IMG/VR virus record: IMGVR_UViG_3300037517_002510
Span: 1-50,317 of that record
DNA: 50,317 bases
Origin: a virus
Lineage: Duplodnaviria; Caudoviricetes
Reading direction: 5' to 3' (one strand)
Shown: one piece after another, positions 1 through 9,367 of the stretch
How the letters are laid out: every line of letters starts with the position of its first letter
How positions within the stretch are numbered: position 1 is the stretch's first letter
Program-made: the position numbers and the translations under genes
The notes under the pieces: model-generated
Databases searched by the model: none
Seen by the model: only the letters and a program-made list of their open reading frames with translations
What the model was told of the DNA's origin: nothing

Positions 1-127
1 AGAGCTGGGGTTCGGACATCCTGTGCTTCGACAGCATCATGACGAAGACGCGGGCCAAGGAGCACTTCCGTCAGATCATCGACGACATCCTGCGTCCCGC
101 GACGAACTGGATTATGACCTACTACCT
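1..127. repeat. Terminal direct repeat / circular assembly overlap (copy 1)
   Basis: Identical to 50191-50317. The 127-nt length matches a common assembler k-mer, and the capsid ORF reads through the junction. Confidence 0.95.
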
Positions 128-1259
128 TCAGCGCAAGGCGATGGAGTTGGCGGGCGCAAAGTGGTCCGTGGCCGCGGGTCTTCCGGACATCGAGTTCACT
201 TGGGATGCGGGCGGCTACGTCTACCTGAACGTGGACGACGGTGCGGGCAACCCCATCGACGCCACCGGCCGGCTCACCCCGGAAATCCTGAAGTCCCGCG
301 TCACGCGGCAGTTCTTCCTTGGCGCCATCCAAGCGGGCAAGGAGGGCTTCGACAGCCTGCAATTGCACACGGACAAGGACACGTTCGCCTACCTCGGCAA
401 GGAAGTCCCGACACTGTATGACCAGTGGCGTTTCGGCACCTTCAGCCCGGCGGCGAAGGAGTTCTACAAGTATGGGTTCAGCGGCTACGTGGGCGACTTC
501 ATGGTGAAGGTGCTCCAGTTCCCGCTGCGCTTCAACCGTGTGGCGGCTGGCCGTTACCAAGTGGTCCTGCCCTACGTGAACGTGGCGGCGACCGAGGGCA
601 TCCGTTCGGAGTTCAATCCGGACTACGACAACGCCCAGTATCAGATCAGCTACATCAACAACCCCCGTTCGCTCCGCGTCCTGCCCTACCGGCCGGAAGC
701 GTTGAACCCCACCATGCCGTTCATGGTCCGGGATTACGGCGGCAAGTGGCGCTTCGCCACGAACGACCTCGGTGGTGACTGCAATGGCCGGCCCATCGAC
801 AACAGCCGTGGCAACAAGGGCAAGTTCATCGCCGACTTCCAGTTGGCCGTGAAGCCCGAGCACACGGAATGGCTTGAGGTCATCTTCCACAAGGTTGACC
901 GTCCTTGTGTGACCATTGTCGCCACCTGCAATGACGACCCGGGCTATCCCGCCCAGAGCTACGACAGCGTGAACGACACCTGCCCCGGCGTGATTCAGTT
1001 CACCGCCGTCTCCGATGGCGCGAACTTCGTGGTGGATGCCGACGGCATCACCTGCGACGGGAACATCGTTCCCTTGGGCGGTGCCATCACCGACGCAACT
1101 CTGGCGACGTTCGTCTCCGAGCTGCAAGTCGCGTGGGCTGCTGCTGGCATGACCGGAACGTGGACCGTGGCCGATGCCGCCACGAACCTCATCCAGCTCG
1201 CCGGCACCGCGGAGGTTCCGCTGAACTGCACGGACGTTCAGGTTGCGTTCAACCTGTAA
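1..1259 (+). CDS. Major capsid protein, C-terminal part (full gene 49881->1259 across the origin, ~522 aa)
   Basis: ORF 39..1259 is in frame with the ATG at 49881 via the overlap. Size, highly expressed-type codon use and a strong downstream terminator fit a capsid gene. Function inferred from context. Confidence 0.75.
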   Translation, partial: SWGSDILCFDSIMTKTRAKEHFRQIIDDILRPATNWIMTYYLQRKAMELAGAKWSVAAGLPDIEFTWDAGGYVYLNVDDGAGNPIDATGRLTPEILKSRVTRQFFLGAIQAGKEGFDSLQLHTDKDTFAYLGKEVPTLYDQWRFGTFSPAAKEFYKYGFSGYVGDFMVKVLQFPLRFNRVAAGRYQVVLPYVNVAATEGIRSEFNPDYDNAQYQISYINNPRSLRVLPYRPEALNPTMPFMVRDYGGKWRFATNDLGGDCNGRPIDNSRGNKGKFIADFQLAVKPEHTEWLEVIFHKVDRPCVTIVATCNDDPGYPAQSYDSVNDTCPGVIQFTAVSDGANFVVDADGITCDGNIVPLGGAITDATLATFVSELQVAWAAAGMTGTWTVADAATNLIQLAGTAEVPLNCTDVQVAFNL

Positions 1260-1275
1260 GCGCGGCTTACAACAC

Positions 1276-1302
1276 GGGGAGCCCTTTCGGGGGCTCCCCT
1301 TT
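1276..1302 (+). terminator. Rho-independent terminator
   Basis: GGGGAGCCCT-TTCG-GGGGCTCCCC followed by TTT, right after the capsid stop. Confidence 0.8.
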
Positions 1303-1319
1303 CAAAATAGGATGCTAGC

Positions 1320-1586
1320 ATGAAAATGAACGAGCGTGAGATGGATGCGATGGGCCGCATTGGCGGAACGTCATCGAAAAATTTTGAGTTCCCTGTCCCC
1401 GAAGGAGTGGAGCTGGACGGCGAGTCCGGCCGGGCAATGGTGGATTGGGAACTTACCCCGGAGGGCACCCTGCGCGTGATCGCGTTTGACGGCGTGTCGC
1501 TGGCGGAATCTTCCACCCCCACCAACGAAAGCGAGGGTCCGGAGATGGAGATGGATGAAATGGAGGAGGAGGTAGTTTCCGCATGA
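1320..1586 (+). CDS. Small acidic hypothetical protein
   Basis: 88-aa ORF, ATGA-coupled to the next gene. Confidence 0.7.
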   Translation: MKMNEREMDAMGRIGGTSSKNFEFPVPEGVELDGESGRAMVDWELTPEGTLRVIAFDGVSLAESSTPTNESEGPEMEMDEMEEEVVSA

Positions 1587-1990
1587 GCACATTCAACGAT
1601 TTGGTGGAAGGCTGCATCGACTGCCGCCCCGACGGGGAGAAGCTGACAGCCATCGTCGCGCTGCTGGAACGGCAGGCGGGGGCGACCTCTGCCAGCTCCT
1701 ACGCGCAGAATGAGGTTTCCGTGAACGGGAACGACGTTGAGATTCTATCCGCGGCCGGCGCCGGGGTGACGTATCAGCAGGTTGTGGTGCAAAACCGAGG
1801 TATCTATCCGGTGGCCATCAAGTATGGTGCCGGCGCTGATAGCACGGGCGCCAACGGTGAAATCATCCTTGCGGCCGGCTTCGTGGAGAACGACGGAACC
1901 GGGGGCGTGCTGAACGTGGACGGATACCTCGGTGCCATCACGGCCGCCGCGGACAATTTGTCAAAAGTCTCAGTTGTGGTCATCCAGTAA
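1583..1990 (+). CDS. Putative virion structural protein
   Basis: 135 aa, Gly/Ala/Val/Asn-rich beta-type sequence, N-terminal CxxC, in the structural operon. Confidence 0.6.
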   Translation: MSTFNDLVEGCIDCRPDGEKLTAIVALLERQAGATSASSYAQNEVSVNGNDVEILSAAGAGVTYQQVVVQNRGIYPVAIKYGAGADSTGANGEIILAAGFVENDGTGGVLNVDGYLGAITAAADNLSKVSVVVIQ

Positions 1991-1996
1991 CCCATC

Positions 1997-2212
1997 ATGG
2001 GAATGAACATGGTCAACGTCGGGCTGCGAACCGGCCCGGCAAAGCCGAGGCCAAAGGTCCAGATTGGCGTGGTCCGGAGGGCCAGCATGCCGGCAGGGAC
2101 TGTGGTTCCCTTGTTCGGGGACAGTTTCAACTGGTGGTTAAACGGTGCCCCTGTCATGGGTTCCACCGTAACCTTCGATTACGGACTCAACGGCGGACCT
2201 CTAGGAATTTGA
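1997..2212 (+). CDS. Hypothetical protein
   Basis: 71-aa ORF tightly packed between neighbours. Confidence 0.6.
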   Translation: MGMNMVNVGLRTGPAKPRPKVQIGVVRRASMPAGTVVPLFGDSFNWWLNGAPVMGSTVTFDYGLNGGPLGI

Positions 2213-2215
2213 CGT

Positions 2216-3154
2216 ATGGCATGGACAGTTACCACCGGCACCGTAAGCGGCACCGCCGGCTCCCTCATCACCGCCCTCGACCTTGAGCTGGTCACGAACC
2301 GTGGCTGGACCAAGGAGTTCTCGGGCACCAACAAGGCGGCCTACCGCAACAGCGCGCTGGCGCTGGCTCGGAAATACATGCGGGTGGTCGATGATGGCAC
2401 GGCTCCGACCTCCGGCGCTAGGGAATCCCTTGTCCAAGGCTACGCCACGATGTCGACGGTGGATGCCGGCACCGGACAGTTCCCAACCTCGGGCGACGCC
2501 TACATTCGCAAGAGCAGCTTGGCCGACGCCACGGCGCGGACCTACCTTGCGGTGGGCGACGACAAGACGTTCTACCTTTTCGTGCTAACCGGGGACACGG
2601 CCAACCAATACCTAAGCCACGGGTTCGGCGACTTCTACTCTTACAAGCCGGCTGATACGCAGGCGTGCATCCTGTTTGCGCGGCCGGTGAACACCACTTC
2701 CTCGTCCGAGTGGTCCTTCTTCTGGCAATGGAACAACAGCACCTATGGTGCAAATTCAGCCAATTACATTGGCGGAAGCATCGTTGGAGTCCCGGGAGAA
2801 ACGACGCTGTGCAAAACAGTTTCCGGAGCCGTTCAAATCGCAAACTACGGTGCGGAGGCAGTGAACTCGCACATCCCATTCCCGAATGTTGCGGACGGTG
2901 CCATCTGGGTGTCCCCATATCAGATGCTCACCAGCGCGGGCGGAAGCACGGTGGTGGACAAGGTTCTCCGTGGAAAGCTCCGCGGAATTTACTATCCGAT
3001 GCACAACTCCGTGAACTTCAGCGATGGAGACACGTTCAACGGGGCGGGCGACTTGGCGGCGAAATCGTTCAGAATCCTGAAGGGGGTTGGATTTAACGGG
3101 ACTTCTACCTACGTCGGCGCCGTTGAAACCACCGAACCCGAATCCAGCACGTAG
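2216..3154 (+). CDS. Putative tail fibre-associated structural protein
   Basis: 312 aa, Thr/Ser/Gly-rich; GWTKEFSGTNKAAYR resembles segments seen in phage tail-region proteins. Confidence 0.6.
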   Translation: MAWTVTTGTVSGTAGSLITALDLELVTNRGWTKEFSGTNKAAYRNSALALARKYMRVVDDGTAPTSGARESLVQGYATMSTVDAGTGQFPTSGDAYIRKSSLADATARTYLAVGDDKTFYLFVLTGDTANQYLSHGFGDFYSYKPADTQACILFARPVNTTSSSEWSFFWQWNNSTYGANSANYIGGSIVGVPGETTLCKTVSGAVQIANYGAEAVNSHIPFPNVADGAIWVSPYQMLTSAGGSTVVDKVLRGKLRGIYYPMHNSVNFSDGDTFNGAGDLAAKSFRILKGVGFNGTSTYVGAVETTEPESST

Positions 3155-3156
3155 TC

Positions 3157-3618
3157 ATGGCCGCGCTGCCTTACGATGGGACCACGGACAACGGGGTGTT
3201 TGAATCCCGGAGCGCCGTGCTGCTTTCCGCAATCCTTCACCGCAGCGTCCGCACCACCGACGGCGTGCAGTATTGGCTGGGGGCAGGCAAGGACGCCGTG
3301 GTGGGGAATCCGGCACCCGGCTACAAGTTCGAGCGTTACGGCTCGCTCAAGCTGCGGCTGGCCATCTCGTCCGGGACGCACATCGTCTACGCGCAGGTGC
3401 TACAACCGGACGCCTCCGCAACCCGGCCGTTCCTTCGCGTGCTGGCAAACGGCGACATCGGGTTCAACGCACCGCTGACATCAACTGCCGGCTCGTCGAC
3501 CGGGTGGCAGACGTTGGCCGTCTCCGTGACAGCATCGCAGGACGGAGGCGTTCTGGTTGAGCTTTGCAACGCCGACTTGTCAAAACCCTGCTGGTTCGAC
3601 AACGTCACCGTGTTATGA
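3157..3618 (+). CDS. Putative structural/carbohydrate-binding beta-sandwich protein
   Basis: 153 aa; GWQTLAVS...WFDNVTV ending is typical of CBM-like jelly-roll domains. Confidence 0.5.
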   Translation: MAALPYDGTTDNGVFESRSAVLLSAILHRSVRTTDGVQYWLGAGKDAVVGNPAPGYKFERYGSLKLRLAISSGTHIVYAQVLQPDASATRPFLRVLANGDIGFNAPLTSTAGSSTGWQTLAVSVTASQDGGVLVELCNADLSKPCWFDNVTVL

Positions 3619-4637
3619 GCGCCATGACCACCACCATTGGGACCGGCCTTCAGGGTGGCGCCAACCGCTCCGGCTACGTCTACGACGGCCTGACGCAGTA
3701 TCCGGACCTCGCATGGTCGGAAGGCTACGTGTTCCGCGGCGGAACCGGCTGGTGGCAGGAGTGGCTGACGATCTTCCCGACCTACGACGAGGCGACCGCC
3801 AGCGTGACTGGCGCCAATTACGCAACCTTGGGCGGAGGTTCCGTGAACGTCTATGCCAGCAATGCTGGCACTGGATGGACGGAAGCGTTCACGGGCCTGT
3901 TCCCATCCGTTCAGGAAACGGACGCAAACATGGTAGCCTACGTCTACCAACGGGTTAATTTCCGCAACTGCCCTCCGTTCGTGGGCAACAGCGCCCCGTT
4001 CGTGCCGTTTACTTCCGGCGGGCAGTTAACCAACACGCAAAATCGCCGGGCATGCTACGCCCAGACCAATGTCGGGCTTCGTCCAGCTCTGGTGCCTGCC
4101 GCGGTTCCCGATGCGCTGGAGATGAGCTTCGACGGCACAGGCCAGTATTACCTTCGCACCGGGGCCGGGACTAACGGAGGCAATGTCATGGTCCTGTTCC
4201 GGACCACCTCGGCCAACACGCGACTGGCGGCCCACGTTTACGATACCGCAACCCCGGCCAATGTGGGCCTTCAGCTTGGCTGCTCAGGCGGACAGTCGGT
4301 AGTGTGGGCGGCCAAGACGACCGCCCTGACCACTATTGAAAATCCCGGCCCACTGCTGCCTGCGGTCACCGTGAATGACGGCGCAATTCATTCGGTGAGT
4401 GCTTACACAATAGGCAACAGCCCGACTTTCTTGGCCGCGACGGACAGCACGGACCAGACGGCTACCTTTTCCGGTAACGCGGCAATGCCAAGCACTAGTT
4501 TCTCTGTGACGCTCGGTTGTAAAAACGACTTCAGTAATCCGTTCATTGGGGAAATTGTTGAAATTGTTCTCTTTCGCAACGATGCGCCTTTGGCTACTAA
4601 AATAGCCATCAGCCAGCAACTGATCGCCCAATGGTAG
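3615..4637 (+). CDS. Putative receptor-binding protein with LamG/concanavalin-like C-terminus
   Basis: ATG at 3615 overlaps the upstream TGA; C-terminal LG...FIGEIVEIVLFR pattern. Confidence 0.55.
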   Translation: MSAMTTTIGTGLQGGANRSGYVYDGLTQYPDLAWSEGYVFRGGTGWWQEWLTIFPTYDEATASVTGANYATLGGGSVNVYASNAGTGWTEAFTGLFPSVQETDANMVAYVYQRVNFRNCPPFVGNSAPFVPFTSGGQLTNTQNRRACYAQTNVGLRPALVPAAVPDALEMSFDGTGQYYLRTGAGTNGGNVMVLFRTTSANTRLAAHVYDTATPANVGLQLGCSGGQSVVWAAKTTALTTIENPGPLLPAVTVNDGAIHSVSAYTIGNSPTFLAATDSTDQTATFSGNAAMPSTSFSVTLGCKNDFSNPFIGEIVEIVLFRNDAPLATKIAISQQLIAQW

Positions 4638-5359
4638 TCCTCATCTCAGGAACATTTGGAAATGTCGTTTCAACGAAATTCGTGAACACGACTATGGACT
4701 CCTTAACTCGGGCGCTTCCGTTTGGAAGCCAGTGGTCCAAGGTGCGGGTAGGGATTCGGTGCTTGCATGGGTTAGCTACCGCAACCCCGACCCCGGCAGA
4801 GCAAGTCCCGCTTTTCTTCGGACTGGATTCGTCCGCCGCCGCCTACGGTTACCCCAACACGTTCAACACGGTTCCGACCGGCGTGCGGGCGTTGGGGCTA
4901 TGGGTTGGAAACCCGCATCGGACCGGCGTAAGCAACCCGCATTATGACAACACCGCGGCGCAAAACCTGATTATTGACCAGACCGAGGCGACGGTGATTG
5001 TCAGTAGCCAGCTATCAGTTACACCCTACTGGACAGGCGCAACCGCCACCAATCAGGTGCTTGTGCTTGAGTTCACCAAGGGCAGCTCCGCGATTACCGT
5101 CGATGCCTTGTTCCTGAACACGACGGCCACAGCGATATCGGAGGCTACCTTCGACAGCGTAATGGCCGCCGACACGATGGCCGCAGGTCTGGCGTTGCTG
5201 GGGGTTACCTACACGCTGGAAACGCATTCCATTCCCGGAGCCATCGCCCGGGAAGCCGACGGGGCGCTGGACCGAGTGTGCCTTTCCCAATCATTTAACC
5301 CGGCCGGTTCCGGGCAGGAGGTTCAGATGCAAAAACTGGCCATCCGCCGTCTTTACTGA
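4631..5359 (+). CDS. Putative structural protein, paralogue 1
   Basis: 242 aa, similar to the next ORF at both ends. Confidence 0.65.
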   Translation: MVVLISGTFGNVVSTKFVNTTMDSLTRALPFGSQWSKVRVGIRCLHGLATATPTPAEQVPLFFGLDSSAAAYGYPNTFNTVPTGVRALGLWVGNPHRTGVSNPHYDNTAAQNLIIDQTEATVIVSSQLSVTPYWTGATATNQVLVLEFTKGSSAITVDALFLNTTATAISEATFDSVMAADTMAAGLALLGVTYTLETHSIPGAIAREADGALDRVCLSQSFNPAGSGQEVQMQKLAIRRLY

Positions 5360-5361
5360 CC

Positions 5362-6087
5362 ATGCCAGCATACAAGCAGACCAAGACCATTGCCGGGACA
5401 CCCACGGACCTTTTCAAGCTGTCCGCGGACACCTTGGCGCGTGCTTTTGCCATTGGCTCCGACTGGACGCAGCTTCGGTTTGGGTTCCGGGCGCAACTGG
5501 ACGCCGCTCCCGCCGCCGGCTCCGCGGCCATCGTCCGCTTCGACTTCGGCTTGGACCACGAGGCCGGACCGCTTTACCCAAGCACGTTCGACGCCCCAAA
5601 CTCCGGAGCGCATTACATCGTCCAGCGGAACGCCTACCAGCTTGAGAACCGGGTGGCTGGACCACCCGTGGTGTTCTACCCGTCCGCCGGGGCAAACGAT
5701 GACGTGGTGGTGGATGGCCACAACCTCACGGACGACTTCAGTGCCAGCACGGGCCAGTCCCGCCTCAGTGGCAACCCTGACATAATGGGGTGCTACATCA
5801 TCGAAATCACGAAGGGCACCGACTACGAATACCGCTACCTGTTTCCGTCGGCTGACGCGATGGTTCACAAGACCTCCGCAAACCTTGCGACCGCGATGGG
5901 TGTGGCGGACATGGGTCTGGCGCTGCTGGCACTTGGCGGAACTTACACGCTGGCATCCGCCACGATCACCGGGGCCGCCGCACGGGCCACACTTTACGGG
6001 CAGTTAAACCGGGCTTTCGTGTCATGGGCGAAGGACCAAACCGCGCCGATTAACTTCACCGACTTCACCCTCCGCAGGATTGCATGA
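5362..6087 (+). CDS. Putative structural protein, paralogue 2
   Basis: 241 aa; DTLARAFAIGSDWTQLRFGFR aligns with DSLTRALPFGSQWSKVRVGIR. Confidence 0.65.
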   Translation: MPAYKQTKTIAGTPTDLFKLSADTLARAFAIGSDWTQLRFGFRAQLDAAPAAGSAAIVRFDFGLDHEAGPLYPSTFDAPNSGAHYIVQRNAYQLENRVAGPPVVFYPSAGANDDVVVDGHNLTDDFSASTGQSRLSGNPDIMGCYIIEITKGTDYEYRYLFPSADAMVHKTSANLATAMGVADMGLALLALGGTYTLASATITGAAARATLYGQLNRAFVSWAKDQTAPINFTDFTLRRIA

Positions 6088-6497
6088 AACCTGTCTCCAT
6101 TGAGCTGCTGCACGGCTCCCTGAAGCGCGCCGGATTCACGGAGATTCGGTTCGGCGACGAAAACTACGTGGCTCCGTCGAGGTCATGGCTGGGTGAGTTC
6201 GCCAGCTACATCCGGAGCAACGCACCCGCCTACTTCGCCCAGAAGTTCGACTGCGAGAACTTCGCCCGGTGGGCATCCTGCGAGGCAGACAAGGCGCTGT
6301 ATGCGTCTGAGGTTACGGATGCCGGCCACACTTTCGCGGAAGCACGCTGCGTTCTCCAAAAGGACGGTAAATCGCAGATGCACGCGCTAAACGTAGTCCT
6401 GTGTGATGATGAAAAACTTTACGTGCTTGAGCCGCAGAATGGTGGGGTGTTTCTGCTTGATGATTTTGACGCTCTGTGGACCTCTGTGCGGCTGTAA
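6084..6497 (+). CDS. Papain/transglutaminase-like cysteine protease (agglutinin C-terminal-like domain)
   Basis: FDCENFA...HALN...YVLEPQ gives a Cys-His-Glu triad pattern. Confidence 0.65.
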   Translation: MKPVSIELLHGSLKRAGFTEIRFGDENYVAPSRSWLGEFASYIRSNAPAYFAQKFDCENFARWASCEADKALYASEVTDAGHTFAEARCVLQKDGKSQMHALNVVLCDDEKLYVLEPQNGGVFLLDDFDALWTSVRL

Positions 6498-6537
6498 GCA
6501 TGAGCCGGCAGGTCCGCCGATTATGCGGTAACCCACC

Positions 6538-6846
6538 GTGGACAATTACTTTCAACTTTTACAAGACCACAGTGATCTTTTACAAGACCACGGTGAGCAA
6601 ATAGCCGTGCTTCAAATCGAAATGAAGGCCACAAAAACTGAACTCGCGGAGTCCAAGATGCGGGAACGCGACTTGGAAAAGGCTATCAACCATCACAACG
6701 TCACGCTGGCGCAGTGGGGCGTCATTCTCTCGGCACTGGTGTTCGTGGCCGGCACCGTGACCACGCTTGCCGTCCGATCTTCCTATGAATCCGTGAAGGC
6801 TGCCATCATATCGGAAAACGCGAACCGAAACTCACGCCCACAATGA
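6538..6846 (+). CDS. Coiled-coil plus single-TM membrane protein (lysis cluster)
   Basis: Heptad region followed by hydrophobic WGVILSALVFVAGTVTTLAV. Confidence 0.65.
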   Translation: MDNYFQLLQDHSDLLQDHGEQIAVLQIEMKATKTELAESKMRERDLEKAINHHNVTLAQWGVILSALVFVAGTVTTLAVRSSYESVKAAIISENANRNSRPQ

Positions 6847-7031
6847 ACAAACTTTTTGAAATCATCGTTCGTGCCAGCATTCAAGCCGTTGCCGGCGCGA
6901 TGATGTCGAAGGGAATCGTGATTTCAGACGGACACATCGAACAGATTGCCGGCGCGGCGACCATCATCGTCACCGTAGTCTGGTCGGTCTGGTCAAAAAA
7001 CAAGGCAGCCCATGAAAAACCACAAGATTAG
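6843..7031 (+). CDS. Putative holin
   Basis: 62 aa, two hydrophobic segments, basic C-terminus. Confidence 0.6.
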   Translation: MNKLFEIIVRASIQAVAGAMMSKGIVISDGHIEQIAGAATIIVTVVWSVWSKNKAAHEKPQD

Positions 7032-7308
7032 CCTGCTGCTGGCAGTGATGCTGGCAGGCTGCGCGGTGAACCGGCCCCAGTTCTACGAAAAGACCACCGG
7101 GACCAACGGTGTTGTCATGGAGCGCAGGCTGGCCGTGTCCACATGGACGTTCTGGCCGGCAACTTCCGAAATCGGGAAGCAGAAAGCGTCGCTCGGGAAG
7201 ACCTTCAGCCTCGGTCAGTCGGAACTGGACCAGTCCGGCGGCGGAACCAACATGGTTGAGGCGCTGAAGTCCATTGACTCCATCATCGGCAAGCTCTCCC
7301 CAAGGTAA
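7012..7308 (+). CDS. Lipoprotein (possible spanin component)
   Basis: Signal peptide MKNHKISLLLAVMLAG-C with lipobox, next to the holin-like gene. Confidence 0.65.
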   Translation: MKNHKISLLLAVMLAGCAVNRPQFYEKTTGTNGVVMERRLAVSTWTFWPATSEIGKQKASLGKTFSLGQSELDQSGGGTNMVEALKSIDSIIGKLSPR

Positions 7309-7309
7309 C

Positions 7310-8047
7310 ATGGCAACCGCAGCACAACTTCGGGCTCAAGCACTCGCGCTGATCAACATGGCCAGCGCGCAGAACGTCAATGCCGTGCTGGCAGCCGGAG
7401 TCGTGGCCAAAAACGAGGGCACTCCGCTGGACCCGACGCTTTCCACGCAGGAATTGCTGGATGCCTCGGCATATCTCGTGACGCAGCCGCAGAGCGACCT
7501 GAATGCCATCACGGTCCAGCAAGCCTTGGCGCTGCTCCAGAACGCAGGCGGAGTCTCCTCGGTGGTTGCCGGCACGAACGTCACCGTGGACAACACAGAC
7601 CCGGCGAATCCGGTCATCAGCGCGACGGGAGGGGGCGGTGGCGGAGACGTTGCGGTGATTGATGCTGGCACGTTTACCGTGGATTGGGACACCGAGTTCG
7701 GCGGCCTTACCAGCGCGTTACACGGCGGCCAATGCTTTGAGGCGCAGTTCGACCTCATATCCGGATTCTCCGGACCACGGCAGGCCGGTGACGTGCTGCT
7801 GGTCTGGAACACCGACCTGTCACAGGCGGAGGGCAACGGGGGCACGCATGTCTCCAAGAAAATCCCGATCACCGTCGGGCTCCGCGGCGCCACGGACACC
7901 TATGCCGATTTCCGCGTCATCTTTCACACAATGCCATGCCCGGACACGTCGGACCTGACGCCGGGCTTCCGGCCCTACAACTACCACAGTTCGGTGACAG
8001 ACAGCGCCGAGGAGAGTTACGCCTTCGTGGTGCTCAGAACGGCATGA
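7310..8047 (+). CDS. Putative virion fibre-like protein
   Basis: VSSVVAGTNVTVDNTDPANPVISATGGGGG linker, typical of tail fibres. Confidence 0.55.
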   Translation: MATAAQLRAQALALINMASAQNVNAVLAAGVVAKNEGTPLDPTLSTQELLDASAYLVTQPQSDLNAITVQQALALLQNAGGVSSVVAGTNVTVDNTDPANPVISATGGGGGGDVAVIDAGTFTVDWDTEFGGLTSALHGGQCFEAQFDLISGFSGPRQAGDVLLVWNTDLSQAEGNGGTHVSKKIPITVGLRGATDTYADFRVIFHTMPCPDTSDLTPGFRPYNYHSSVTDSAEESYAFVVLRTA

Positions 8048-8072
8048 AAAAACCGCCACGGTTAGGTGGCGG
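8047..8072 (-). terminator. Rho-independent terminator of the minus-strand head-assembly operon
   Basis: AAAAAA-CCGCCAC-GGTTAG-GTGGCGG between convergent genes. Confidence 0.7.
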
Positions 8073-8092
8073 CTGGTGCTAGCAGTGGCAGC

Positions 8093-9367
8093 TTACATCA
8101 TGTCGATGGCGTCTTCGGGATTTTTCGGCGCGGCGGATTCCTTTGCTGCCGTCCGGCCGGAACCCGGCTCCGAACCCGACAGGTCGGACAGCCGCTTCTC
8201 CAGCTCCTTGACCTTCTGCTGAAGGCGGATGGTGCGGAGACGCTCCCGGCCAAAGGCGCGGGCGCGGAGTCCCATCTGGGCTTGGGCGCGTGCCATCATC
8301 TGCCCGCGTTCAATCGGCGACAGGCTTTCATCCAGTCCTTCGCCCTTCGTTCCCATGCGGACTAGCTTCATGCCGGACTCAAGCAGGGAGTTTCCTTCGT
8401 CGTCCCCATCCTCCTTGCCGAACAGCGCGGAGTATTCGGTTTCGGTCGTGGTGAACTCCTCGTCGAACGCGGAGTGCAGTAGCGACACCTGCTGCTGCTG
8501 CTGGGTTTGCCGGTCCTGATCGCGGCCAATCCCCTTTTCCTTCCACTCGTCGATTGCTTTCTGCCGGGCGTCCCGCAGCTCAATCAGCTTGCGACGGTGG
8601 ACCATGATTTCCGGGGCGGCCGGGCCGAACAGCTTTTGCGCCTCAACCGCGGCCTTGCCCGTGGGCATGCCCATGAGGGCAACGATGTCCCGGTGGCTGG
8701 CGGGACGCTCACCGTCGCCATCCTCGACCACGATTCCGTCGATGTCGTCGATGGCCGCCTTCCACGCATTCTTCACCGGCTCCTCGAACCGCTCCTTGTA
8801 GTCGCGGGACCGGGTGTAATCCATGAAGCGGACCTCGGTATCCAGCTCCTCGTTGCGCTTGCGGATGTCATCCAGCTCCTTCTTCAGGGCGGCGGTGGCA
8901 GTCTCAACCTCCTTGCGCGTGCCATCAGCCTTGGCGGCATCCAGCTCCTTGAGCTTGGCGGCAAGCTCGTCGCGCTCTTTCTTGGTCAGCTCGTATTGCT
9001 CCCTGAACTGCCTCATGGAAGTGGGAGCCTCCTCCTTGGCCTTGGCCGCCGGGGCAGGCTGCGGTGACTTCAGCTCGGCTTCCCTCTTGGCCAACCCAAG
9101 CAGGTCGTCCATGACGGGTTTCGGTGAGGTCTTGGTCGGGGCCGCCTCCTCCACCTTGGCGGCCGGCGGTGCCTCCACCTTGGCGGAAGCCTCGGGCGGC
9201 GCGCTCGCCTCCGCGGCCCGCGTGTCGGTCGGAAACACGTCCCCGTCAATCTTGTCGATGGCGGAGAACGCATCGTCGTAATCCGCCCCGCGCTCCGGTG
9301 GCGCCTCCGCGGTTGCGCTGCCGCTGTCTGGGGTGGGAGTGAACAGGATTCGGTGGGTCTTAAACAT
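8093..9367 (-). CDS. Putative scaffolding protein
   Basis: 424 aa, disordered N-terminus, long charged coiled coils, downstream of portal. Confidence 0.55.
   Translation of the reverse strand: MFKTHRILFTPTPDSGSATAEAPPERGADYDDAFSAIDKIDGDVFPTDTRAAEASAPPEASAKVEAPPAAKVEEAAPTKTSPKPVMDDLLGLAKREAELKSPQPAPAAKAKEEAPTSMRQFREQYELTKKERDELAAKLKELDAAKADGTRKEVETATAALKKELDDIRKRNEELDTEVRFMDYTRSRDYKERFEEPVKNAWKAAIDDIDGIVVEDGDGERPASHRDIVALMGMPTGKAAVEAQKLFGPAAPEIMVHRRKLIELRDARQKAIDEWKEKGIGRDQDRQTQQQQQVSLLHSAFDEEFTTTETEYSALFGKEDGDDEGNSLLESGMKLVRMGTKGEGLDESLSPIERGQMMARAQAQMGLRARAFGRERLRTIRLQQKVKELEKRLSDLSGSEPGSGRTAAKESAAPKNPEDAIDMM

Noticed and set aside
1-127. 127-bp terminal repeat as a biological direct terminal repeat
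   Set aside because: It lies in the middle of the capsid gene and equals a standard assembler k-mer length, so it is best explained as a circularisation artefact.
1997-3154. Stop-codon readthrough or recoding (TGA-CGT-ATG joins two ORFs in frame)
   Set aside because: It is a single instance with a one-in-three chance of being in frame. All three stops are used normally elsewhere and there is no suppressor tRNA.
4631-6087. Diversity-generating retroelement template/variable repeat
   Set aside because: The similarity is protein-level and diffuse, with no adenine-specific near-identical repeat and no reverse transcriptase.
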